From assembly GCA_046563655.1 (NCBI GenBank), contig CM102284.1, forward strand, positions 1,798,001 through 1,862,000: a stretch of 64,000 nucleotides of DNA, written 5' to 3'. Source of the DNA: Yuukianura sp. NJ FZ-2021. Taxonomy: Eukaryota. Every line of letters begins with the position of its first letter. Position 1 is the first letter of the stretch. Below are positions 38,176 to 48,890 of this stretch, piece by piece. The notes beneath the pieces are model-generated. The model saw only the letters and a program-made list of their open reading frames with translations. It had not been told where the DNA came from and searched no databases. The position numbers and the translations under genes are program-made.

Positions 38176-38789
38176 TTTAAGAGAACGTAGACTCCGGAAA
38201 TATTGAGCAGCATAAAGGCAAAACCGTTTAAAAAAAGAGACGTAATTTTGAATACATATGGATTCCTTTCTAAATTCATGCTAAATTTTATATTCCTTTT
38301 ATCCATTTAAAAGTTTTTTGATTTTTGTCTGGTTTATGTCAACTCAAGGCCACGTTCCTGTTACCTTATAAGGCTTGTAACGTCTCGCTTTTCTTTCGTT
38401 TCAAATCTATTTATACCTAAGACCATGCTGAAACTTTTCAGGAGTCTAGAATTCAGCACGATTCTATTTCTAAGAAAGAAAAAGCTTTTTTTTTCTTGTC
38501 AAAGAAGTGGCCACTTCCCTAAGAACTGCTTTCAATTGATTTCTTTGTACCGATCGTAGTAAAATACTTTTTTGCATCAAAAGGTTTTACCAAATATTTC
38601 TAAACACTTATTAACGCCGCGCTGTTAAAAAAAATGTGCTGCTTTTGGTGTTGTTCATAATTTCTTCACTTTCACGTATTCTAAAAACTGAACTTCGAAA
38701 GATACAAGTCAGTTGGAGAAAGTTGAACCTCAGTGATTTGTGGAGGTAGTTCTTATACCAATTAATTCGTGGAAAATTATTTAAATCAT

Positions 38790-40442
38790 ATGGAATATAT
38801 CCCTGGAGCCATCGGAATCCAACATTTCAGAAACGGAAAGTGCGTGTCGCAAGACGTTTACGCAGATCGCCAGAAAATGGCCAACTTTTGTGTTGCCTTT
38901 TCGCCAGAAACGGCCTACTGTTCTGAACTTCCTGAGAAGACAACGGAAGTTGAAATTCGCTGTCCAGGTTCTTTGGGTGGAGGTCAATGTGGCAACAAAG
39001 TGCAAAAGTGGTCTTGTCCAAAATGCAAGGAGATTTTGAAATTCGGGTTCGATGATAAGTTGTATTGCAATTGCGGGTCAGCACAAGCGCGGACGTACGA
39101 GTTCAAATGCAATGATGACAAACATGGACTACGCTTTTTGAGGTTTGAAAACGAAGACGTTTTGGCAAAACTGGTGGAGAAATTGGTGGTTTTTGAAGAA
39201 AAAAATATATTAATTTTGGGTGAAGCTGGTGCCGGAAAATCAACATGGATTAATGGAATGGCTAACTACTTGCAGTATGCAACATTCGATGAAGCTATTA
39301 AGAATGAGTTCCACTGTCCAATTCCATTCTCCTACACAGTTAGAGACGAAGATGGTAAGGAAGTAACTTACGAAACCGGAACAGACAAAAACGAACTAAT
39401 TGGTACTACAGAAGCTGGGAAATCTGCCACTCAGCATCCCAAATCACATGTTTTGAAAAGAGGAGACAAACTGTATCGGTTAATCGACACACCAGGATTC
39501 AGTAATTTCCAAGACAAAGAGGAAAAGTATCTTCGGATCATGGAGTACATTTCAGACTTTGCTGAACTCCACGCCATTTTAATCCTCATCCACCCGGACA
39601 GCCCGAATTTTAGTTTTTATGTTAAATGGTTGTTTGCCCGCCTTCATAAGAATTGCAAACCAAACATTTGCTTTTGCTTCACCCATGGGAGAAAACACGG
39701 CTATTTACCTGGTGACGCTTATGCGACGCTCTCGAAAATTTTAGAAGACGCCAATTTCGAACCAATCCACTGTGTTAATTTTGTACTGGATAACGAATCT
39801 ATCCGGTTTCTGGCGCAACTCAAGTTAAATAGTGACTACCAGGCTTTAGATGAAGAATACTCAAATAGCAACAGAAGTTGGACTCAGTCCGCCGAAGAAA
39901 CCAATAAGTTTTTTGACCACATCATGCAGCTTAATCCGTGCAACACTAAAGATATCGTTGAACACCATTTTTCTCTGTGTCAACTAAATGTTACTGCAAA
40001 AATGGTTTTGGAGACAGGCAAAAAAGCTAATGAACTCGTTGCCCTAAAAAAGAAATTGGAAACCCAGTTGGATGAGACGAAGGCCACTTACAAGCAGCAA
40101 GTGGAAGACCCCAATACTCGACTGAAGATGAGTGAAGTTAAGCAGGAAGCGGAAGCACTTGAAAAAGAAATACTGGAAGTCAATGCCACAGCTATGGATA
40201 TTGCGATACGTGTATTTAAAGACGCCGAGAATATACAACAACTCGTTGAACGCGTAGCTATAGACGCCATTGCACTATTCGATGACTACCCTGAGGAATA
40301 CGTAGAAACGCTAACTGCCGTTGCAGCGGAATTTGTAGCACTTCGTGTAAATACTGAAGCTACGTACGAATTTCCTGAAGTGAAGAGAATTCATTTGCCG
40401 GAACCACAACAGCGACCTGCCAAACCTGCGAGACGACGGTAA
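38790..40442 (+). CDS. Truncated tandem paralog of 33981-37349: Cys linker + GTPase + coiled coil only
   Basis: High similarity from IPGAIGIQHFRNGKC onward; GEAGAGKST and DTPG retained. Lacks the ~470-aa N-terminal region and a ~100-aa Cys-rich segment, yet the frame is open. Confidence 0.7.
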   Translation: MEYIPGAIGIQHFRNGKCVSQDVYADRQKMANFCVAFSPETAYCSELPEKTTEVEIRCPGSLGGGQCGNKVQKWSCPKCKEILKFGFDDKLYCNCGSAQARTYEFKCNDDKHGLRFLRFENEDVLAKLVEKLVVFEEKNILILGEAGAGKSTWINGMANYLQYATFDEAIKNEFHCPIPFSYTVRDEDGKEVTYETGTDKNELIGTTEAGKSATQHPKSHVLKRGDKLYRLIDTPGFSNFQDKEEKYLRIMEYISDFAELHAILILIHPDSPNFSFYVKWLFARLHKNCKPNICFCFTHGRKHGYLPGDAYATLSKILEDANFEPIHCVNFVLDNESIRFLAQLKLNSDYQALDEEYSNSNRSWTQSAEETNKFFDHIMQLNPCNTKDIVEHHFSLCQLNVTAKMVLETGKKANELVALKKKLETQLDETKATYKQQVEDPNTRLKMSEVKQEAEALEKEILEVNATAMDIAIRVFKDAENIQQLVERVAIDAIALFDDYPEEYVETLTAVAAEFVALRVNTEATYEFPEVKRIHLPEPQQRPAKPARRR

Positions 40443-41365
40443 TAACGACTTCCACTTTATTACTTCTCCGACGAAATTTTACTGATGCGATATTTCTTTC
40501 CGTAGAGCCCTAATTATATTATTTGCTTCTTCCTAGGTGGTGGCGGTTTCTAATGCCAACGAAAAAGAAATGAAATCCGTGACGTCATCAAGAGGAAATA
40601 CAATGAATTTCTTGGTATTTGTAATTTACGAAAACTTTTTCAGTAACGGCGTTAAAACGGACACAGAGAAAGCAGAAATTGAACATTAACGGTAGAAATG
40701 ACGTCATCGAGGGAAAAAATCGCCACAATTCTTATTTATTTTTTAAGGGCCGTACCTACGTAGTATTCTATTGACTTGGCTTCTTCCGAATATTTTAACA
40801 CTTTGGCCCAAATAAATTAACCAGCAACAATAGATCAAAATAGTGTTACTGGAACTATTGACATCAATCGTCTCTTCGAGCAAATTCAACGCGTTTCAAC
40901 CATGCCCGTCCGCTGTGCATTGTTCCGTTGTATCCGCGAATTCTGAGGATTAGTGCATAACGACTACTGTTGTTTACATTCATCAGAGGAGCAAGGTGAA
41001 ATTGCATTTATTGTAAACACGTAGTGTAACCATCATGACTGACAATACTTGTGTCGACGTAGTAGGTACGAGAACTGGTTGCACAATGTACAGTTAGATT
41101 ATTGGATCAACGTTACTTGTGGTTGGTAACCATATTTTTGAAATCAGCGAGTGTATTCACTGAGTGGTTACAACAGTGGTTACAATGCTGCAGCGTCCGC
41201 CTAACCGCAACCGATTTATAATTTCAACGTTGGAGGGAAACAGTCAGAGGTTTTTGTTTTTGCTCAGATTTGCTTGAAAAGATAAACGGAACACAAGAAT
41301 TAAGAATATTGATACCGATTGATTGAACTCATCACGCTGATTGGATTGGTTTGTTGACTTTTGGC

Positions 41366-42419
41366 ATGGACTCTGGAGATGAAGATGAATTGGTTGTCTC
41401 GGCCGGGATGAGCGGAAACCGAAGAGAAGATAAGTTACAAAAGGTATGATCATGATCACTAATTAGTTGATTTCCACTGGATTCAAGGTGACGATGAAGA
41501 GTGTGGTTCGTTCGTTAATTATTAATCCTGTTTCTAGTTGTCTGCTGCTGAATTATGTTTACTCAATCCACGTACTTTCTTGAAAGTGCTGGCGACGAAG
41601 AGCACTGGAACAGATTACGCTAAAATGATCTTGCACATTGCTCAACATGCTACTCAAGGGTTTGGGAAGACACGTTTTGGAAGCACTTCCATCTCAAGCA
41701 GTAATCCAATTTCCTCCAACTATATTTCATGGGCCGGTAACTTTGCGGATGATGATTTGGAGGAATCGGCTCTTCCAGCTCTTTTCACCTTTGTGGCCCG
41801 TATTTACAGTGCGAGAAACTACATTGAGCACTTTCCAATGATCGACTTGCTTGGGAAGAAACGAAGCATAAAAGCAAAGTTCAATCGCTCTGTCAAAGGC
41901 CCTGAAGAACTACAGATCTGCCTTGACCATCAAAAGGCATACTACCATAAGAAGGCCGTGAAGGCTGCCAAGATCGTCGAAGTCAATAGCCGATCTCGAT
42001 TGAGACAAATTAAGAGTTGTGTTGAGGCGACAAAAACTTGTCTAGAAGTACTCCAGTTCCAAGTCAGCGAGCAGCGGCCAGATGCGAAGCGCCTTCGATT
42101 GGATTCGGCTTCCACTAACCCCAGAAATCCTCAAGACAAGCAAGAAGCCAAGAAGGAATTGATCAAAACTCTCAAGGAGCAGAACAAAAGAGGCCGTGAA
42201 ATTCTCGCAGAACTAATTGTGGAACTGGTCAAACGTCGAGAGGTATCTTCGAAGTTACAAACGTTCATGTTCGACGTGGTCAAAACAGACGATACCGAAG
42301 TGGATGCTACTCGTCTGGGGCCTCGGGACCTGGAGTTCTTGGTTCTTGACACACAAATCCTACGCTCAAAAAGTGTCAATGGTGAAATTATTCTTCAACT
42401 TAATGATCTCTGTGATTAA
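41366..42419 (+). CDS. Uncharacterised coiled-coil protein whose first exon is a paralog of YAE1 exon 1 (intron 41444-41537)
   Basis: Exon 1 MDSGDEDELVVSAGMSGNRREDKLQK with a phase-0 donor; acceptor tttctag at 41537 leads into a 293-codon open exon. Confidence 0.6.
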
Positions 42420-43677
42420 GTTCATGATCAAAGATTCCAAAGTCCTGGTTAAACTTAACAAGCCTACTTAACATTTTTCTTGCTCACGAATATCCAGTAG
42501 CAGTTAGCGTCGTGTTTTCTGAGAAATTAATTTCAAAAAAAGTTTTGTTTTTCGATTTGTCGTTTTCCTCATACTTATTTTGATTTTGATTTATTTCGAT
42601 TAGTCTTCTAAGCATTTTTCATTTACTACTCTCATAATTAAGTTCAACTTACGGATCGTTGGATCTTTTGCAACTGCAATTTTTGTATGAGCAATCTCTA
42701 ATCTCAAAAGCATAATAAACCGGATTTTAAATTATTATCTACTAAAATAGTTGTATCAATAAATAGTGCTATAAAATAATTTCATATCACATAATTTTTA
42801 AGTGTTTTCCTTGACATGAGGTTGATGTAATTCAGACGTTATAGGCAATAAATTTTTCCAGTAACAGTTGAACAATTGAAATTGTGGAAATTATTGGTAT
42901 AGTTTTGACCCCCCGCTCATAAAAAATTTTGACAGTACAAGAAATTGAAATTGTTCTTTTCATTGCATTTTTTTTGCAATGCGAATCTTCAGATTTTCTG
43001 GAACTGAAATTTTTTGAGGGGAAAGACTAAACCATAAGATAAAGAATCTTTGAAACTACTGTAAATACTATAAAGTAAAATAGTTCTTATTTTCCTCATG
43101 GAAATTTCATGCCCGAATCATTCTATAATTGGTGTGTTTGTCACGAGTTGGTTTTGGGTGATAAACTTATTCAGAAGCATGAAATCAGACAAAAATATTT
43201 GCAATAACAGTTGAATAATTAAAATTTTGATGAGTTTTTGTTATTGCTTGTTTTGAGTAAACACTACCGACAGACTAGTCAAAATAATAACAATGCGTCA
43301 CCCACGTTTGCAGCTGAATAGAAACTGGTTCCAGGAATGTAGCAACAGCTTTGTCGCAAATCTGAAAAGCTGTGAGTTTTATATCGACTTTACTAGTTTT
43401 TAACATAAACTTCCTGGAACTGGAATGTTTTGGGTTTGTATGCAATAGTTCTTGGAAACCTGACTAATTATAATAAGCTTTTCAATTTTATTTGAAGTTT
43501 GACGTAAATTTTCCAGTTTAAAAAGAGTAAGCAGCGGAGATTTTTGCACAGAATAACAAGCTGCACTCGTGAAAGCCAGTTTTAATAATTCAAACAAGTT
43601 GAATCTTAACATTTTTTTTTTGAGTTTTAGTGAAAAAATTTAACAAATCTTTGTTGTTAAATTTCTACAATTGTACC

Positions 43678-44307
43678 ATGATTACGGTACGATCATTCAT
43701 TTTTGCTGCGTTTATAATCGGCGCCAATTCGCAATTCCCAGATTGGTTTGCATACAACACAAAGCTTTGCTACGATTGGTCAGCCGATGGAGACGGTGGT
43801 CAATGCGCAGGTCCTTCGAATTCGCTCTGCGCAGGCGTCAATGACAGGACGCCAAACTACCGAGATGACACGGACAACCGTGGTGGAGGATGTCAGATGA
43901 GCTGGAGAATCGATTCTCCAAATGCCCCTGATTGGTTCAAGCAAGTTCAGATTTGCTACCGGTGGTATGCCGATGGTGACAACGGACAATGTGGCGACCA
44001 TTCTGGTCGTGGCGAAGTTTGCGCCTATGTGGGACAAGGGACACAGAATTATCGAGATGACACTGATAAACGTCCTGGAGGATGTCGAATGAGCTGGAAA
44101 CTCAAAGTACCACCCAGCGCTGAAAGTTGGATGTTCAACACTCGGCTGTGCTACTCTTGGTATGCTGATGGAGACGGAGGTCAATGTGGAGGCGGGGCTG
44201 GAAATGACCTTTGCGCCCGTGCAAACTACTGGACGGACTACTACAGAGATGATACTGATGGAAGGCCTGGAGGATGTCAGATGTCATGGTCACTTCTGAC
44301 AAACTAA
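43678..44307 (+). CDS. Secreted Cys-rich triple-repeat protein, perivitellin-2 67-kDa C-terminal (IMAD)-like, copy 1
   Basis: Signal peptide plus three repeats of CYxWxADGDxGQC...CA...YRDDTDxRxGGCxMSW; intronless. Confidence 0.65.
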   Translation: MITVRSFIFAAFIIGANSQFPDWFAYNTKLCYDWSADGDGGQCAGPSNSLCAGVNDRTPNYRDDTDNRGGGCQMSWRIDSPNAPDWFKQVQICYRWYADGDNGQCGDHSGRGEVCAYVGQGTQNYRDDTDKRPGGCRMSWKLKVPPSAESWMFNTRLCYSWYADGDGGQCGGGAGNDLCARANYWTDYYRDDTDGRPGGCQMSWSLLTN

Positions 44308-44821
44308 CGTTTTCAAAAATTTTCAAAAAATCTGTCATTGCTTCGAATAGAAATTTTCGAATCGGACATTGTTTCGACGCTCTTAACAAATCTAATGCAA
44401 ATTAACCTAAATCTAAGCCCTAAATACTAAACAATTAGTGTTTTGAAATAATTATTTTTTCGAAACAATTCGCATTCGAAACAATCTTTTCGACACAATG
44501 GTGTGTACCCGGTCCCTAAGCACTTTCTCCCCTTATGCTTCTTTTTGTTTTGCTTTCGTTAAATTAATCATAAAATTTAAAAAAAATTGACAGAAGGAAA
44601 AAACAATTTCATAGAGTACGTTTCCTCAACATTAGTAATTACAAAGTAACTAACTAAATTACCAAGTAATTATTTTAATTAGAAACTAATTGGCTATAGC
44701 TGTTAAACCTTATTACAAATAGTTATAAAATTCCATCTTTAAATTCAAAAACTCGCGGAATTAAATATTCCCTTTTTAGGATTTGTCTGTAGTCCAAGTT
44801 ATTTGAAAGAGAATTCGAAGG

Positions 44822-45556
44822 ATGTTAACCAATCAAACGTTGCTTTTTGTTGTACTTGGTATCGGTGTGAAGTTCGATCTTCCAACAGACAATTCCGTGC
44901 TTCCAGTAGTACTTCCGGAGCTTTCGGACCAGAATTCTGAACTTCCAGACAACAACTCGAAACTTCCAGCAGGAAATGATAGTTCACAACTTCCAGACTG
45001 GTTTGCAAAGGACACAAAATTTTGTTATGATTGGTCAGCAGAAGGAGATGGCGGGCAGTGCTCAGATCCATCAAATTCGTTCTGCGCAGGCGTCAATGAG
45101 AGGACAGCAAAATACCCAAACGACACGGACAGCCGCAGTGGAGAGTGTAAGATGAGTTGGAGAATTGATTCCCCTAATGCCCCTGATTGGTTCAAGCAAG
45201 TTCAGATTTGCTACCATTGGTCCGCATATGGCGACAACGGACAATGCGGGGACCATGGTCAGGGAGAAGTAGTTTGTACCAACGTGGGACAAGGGACACG
45301 GAATTATCAACATGACACTGATGACAGTGGATGTCGAATGATCTGGAGCTTGAGAGTTCCACCGAACGCTGAAAGTTGGATGTTCAAAACTCGACTGTGT
45401 TATCATTGGTTTGCAGAGGGAGAGGGAGGTCAATGCGGAGGTGGGGATGAAAATGACTTATGCGCCGGCGCTAACTACTGGACGGAGTACTACAGAGATG
45501 ACAGTAACGGAAGAGGCGGAGGCTGTCGCATGTCATGGTCACTTCTGAGCAACTAA
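44822..45556 (+). CDS. IMAD-like triple-repeat protein, copy 2 (degenerate repeats 1 and 2)
   Basis: Paralog with an added ELPxxNS-type linker; motifs altered to YPNDTDSRSGEC and YQHDTDDSGC. Confidence 0.65.
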   Translation: MLTNQTLLFVVLGIGVKFDLPTDNSVLPVVLPELSDQNSELPDNNSKLPAGNDSSQLPDWFAKDTKFCYDWSAEGDGGQCSDPSNSFCAGVNERTAKYPNDTDSRSGECKMSWRIDSPNAPDWFKQVQICYHWSAYGDNGQCGDHGQGEVVCTNVGQGTRNYQHDTDDSGCRMIWSLRVPPNAESWMFKTRLCYHWFAEGEGGQCGGGDENDLCAGANYWTEYYRDDSNGRGGGCRMSWSLLSN

Positions 45557-45987
45557 CGTTTTCAAAAAACGTTTTCGCATTTTGTAGAACAATTCAATTT
45601 TATTTCAAAAGTACTTTTTCAGCTTACGCTCCTTTTTCCTGTGTTTTAATTTTACATTACATTACTCATTTAAATTTAAAAAAAATTAAGAGAAGGAAAA
45701 AAACAATTTCAAAAAATGAGTTTCCTCAAAATTAATAATTATTAGTGTTAATATTCTAAAGTATTAATTTAGTTAATTACTTTGGAATTAATTGCAAGGT
45801 AATTAACTAAATTACCAAGTAATTATTGTAATTAGGAATTAATTGGCTACGGCTGTTATATCTTACGTCAAATAGTTGTAAATAATCCAAGCATATTTAA
45901 ATGCCAAATTCCCGAAATTCAATATAATTCAGTTCCTTCCTCATCCAGTATTTCTTAGTGCCAAGGATTTAAAGAAGAATTGAAAAA

Positions 45988-46749
45988 ATGGTAGCAAATC
46001 AAACACTGTTTTTTGTTCTATTTGGTATCGGTGTGAAATTTGATCTTCCAGGAAACAATTCCGAACTTCCTAGAAATAATTCGGTAGTTCCAGAAAAACT
46101 TCCGGAACTTCCAGGACAGAATTCTGGAGTTCCAGACGATAACTCAAGACTTCCGGCAGGAAATGATAGTTCACAACTTCCCGACTGGTTTGTATACGAC
46201 ACAAAACTGTGCTATGATTGGGTAGCAGATGGAGATCGCGGGCAGTGCGCAGGTCAATCAAGTTCGCTCTGCGCAAACGTCAATGAGAGAACACCAAACT
46301 ACCGAGACGACACTGATCACCGTGGTGGAGGGTGCCGGATGAGTTGGCGCATTCATTCCCCGGACGCCCCTGCTTGGTTTGATCGTGTTCTGATTTGCTA
46401 CCGATGGTATGCTGATGGCGACAATGGACAATGTGGCGACCATTCTGGTCGTGGAGAAGTTTGTGCCTATATGGGAGATGGGACGCCGACTTATCGGGAT
46501 GACACTGATGGTCGTCCTGGAGGATGTCGCATGAGCTGGAAGTTGGACGTACCATCGGACGCTGAAAGCTGGATGTTCAACACTCGCCTATGTTACTACT
46601 GGTATGCAGATGGAGATGGAGGTCAATGTGGAGGTGGGGTTGGAAATGACCTTTGCGCCGGCGCAAACAACTGGACGGAGTACTACAGAGATGACACTGA
46701 TGGAAGATCTGGAGGTTGTCAAATGTCATGGTCACTTCTGACCAGCTAA
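45988..46749 (+). CDS. IMAD-like triple-repeat protein, copy 3
   Basis: Paralog with the ELPxxNS linker and three intact YRDDTDxRxGGC motifs. Confidence 0.65.
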   Translation: MVANQTLFFVLFGIGVKFDLPGNNSELPRNNSVVPEKLPELPGQNSGVPDDNSRLPAGNDSSQLPDWFVYDTKLCYDWVADGDRGQCAGQSSSLCANVNERTPNYRDDTDHRGGGCRMSWRIHSPDAPAWFDRVLICYRWYADGDNGQCGDHSGRGEVCAYMGDGTPTYRDDTDGRPGGCRMSWKLDVPSDAESWMFNTRLCYYWYADGDGGQCGGGVGNDLCAGANNWTEYYRDDTDGRSGGCQMSWSLLTS

Positions 46750-46851
46750 CGTATTTACACGTTTTTTTTTTCAGAATTTTAAATTTTTTTGAAGTTGAGT
46801 AGAAACCTCCCAAAAATGTTTACAGTTTACATTGTACATTTATTTGACTAA

Positions 46852-48505
46852 TTAGAAGTGTGCTCCACCAGCGGCCCACCTCAGCATTCTTTTGAATAAG
46901 CGAGTGTCGAATGCAGTGAGGATAGTAGCATTTGGTGGGTGGCCCAATTGGCCTCTTCGGTCCACCACCATCATCCCCCTAGTAAAACTTCCATTCAGTT
47001 CCACTGTACAGTAGTGCTTCTCAGTTTGTGTAACAATCTTAAAACCAACAAATAATTAAACACTTTTAATAGTAATAATAATTATTATTATACTTATAAA
47101 TTTAATAGGTAATAAAAAAAAGTTTACCTTTGGATTAATCATCCATGCCGTTGGGACTGGATCGATGGTGTTCCATGTATTCTCATTTGATTGCAAAATC
47201 TTTGCTTCTATAGCGTTCAACAACTTTATTTCCGGAGTATTCAGTTTTCCCAACTTCTTTACTCTGTAAGCCTGAAAAGCAGAAATTAATATGACAGTTA
47301 TAATATTATAAATGTAATATGTTCATATTACATAAATATTACTTACCTTGGTGGTAGTGGAATATTTAAGAGTAACTTCCCAGGGAGCAAGGAATATTGG
47401 GCACTTGTAGTTCTCTAGCGTCACACGAGCACCCTCAGGATCAACAAGGAAATTGAATTCGGCGTTTGGTGTTGTATTTCCAATGCCTAAGTAAAACATT
47501 TATCATAATTTTACGAAGGGAATTTTCAATGTAATTTAACTAATACGTAAAATTTCGAGAAAAAAAAACTACGGAGTAAATTTAAGTTTGGTTTAATTAT
47601 ACAATTGGTTACAAACATTTTTTTACCAAATATATTTCCACCCATAATAAAAAGTTCCTGTAGTTTAATATATGGATTGAGACGAATTGCCAGTCCCAAA
47701 TTTGTTAACGGGCCAAGCGCCAGGATTGAGAGATTTCCTATAAAAAACAAAAAACAAAAACAAGGCAACAAAATTTACACAATTTTAAAAGTAATCACAT
47801 AGTGTCTACATTTTTAAAATACGAAATTTCAGTTTAGAACAGTTTAGAAATTATTTCGAATTGAAATTTTGAATTCCTGGATGTGTGTATAGTTTACCTT
47901 GATATTTCTCTGCTAAAGACACAATAACATTGGCAGCAGGTCCTGGAGCAACTTTTGTGGAGATTGGAGGTAAGTTTGCATCTCCAAATCCATCTTTTCC
48001 AAAATACGGTGGACCTGGATCCACAAATGGTAGCACCAAAGGCGTCTTTGCACCGCTGTAAACTGGAATCTTAAGAAAATCAATTTATTTAAAAGTAGAA
48101 ATGAGAAATAAAGAATCCATTAAAAACATTATAAATTTGACAGAATTTTTTTTCCCTCAATTTACATCTGAAGCACCAACTGTCTCAAGGACTCTAGTGA
48201 CATTGTTATTAACGTGGTCCAAAGATGCATTTCCGTTGACGGTAGTAATGGCCACAATGTGCAGAGCATGCGCAGGGTCCCTGTGGGCCCTAATGGCCAT
48301 GAACAATGCCCAGGCATCATCTCCTCCAGGATCAGTGTCAATCAACACGTATTTTGGTGATTTTCTTTCCTAAAAACATAAAACAAGTCGACTTTTAGTT
48401 AAACCTTTTTTTTCTATATGCGGATTTTGTTTAAAAATGGAAACGTTTAAAATTTCTTACTTCCGAGTCCGAAGGATTCAATTCGTTTTGGTCGACGCTT
48501 CCCAT
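46852..48505 (-). CDS. Inosine/uridine-preferring nucleoside hydrolase (about 7 exons)
   Basis: VLIDTDPGGDD (DxDxxxDD Ca-binding motif), ITTVNGN, GKDGFGD, LALGPLTNL, MGGN, AEFNFLVDPEGA, DPVPTA, TRGMMVVD. Confidence 0.9.
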
Positions 48506-48890
48506 GTTTGTTGAATTACAAACGAAAAGTGTCGAGGAAAATATTTCTCGAAATTGTGAGTTTATACATAGTATAATGTAGGTCACGTCATTAGCTTTAT
48601 CCAGTTTGCTCCAAATAGAAAATTGCAACAACAATAATTTTCAAATTGACACATTTTCTTAGAAATTGCAAAAACAAAAAACTGGAACAAAGTAAATTTA
48701 AAGGAAGCAAAATAGTTGACAATTTTAAGAATTTCGATGGGCAATGCAATTCGTGTTCATTTCACAATTGGGGCAATGTGCAACCGAAAACTCAGTTTTG
48801 TCAACCACGGTACAAAAAACATGTAGTAATACTTGCAAAAATATTTTAATTTTCCAACTTGAGTTAGACTGCCACTAAAAAGTACGGAAT

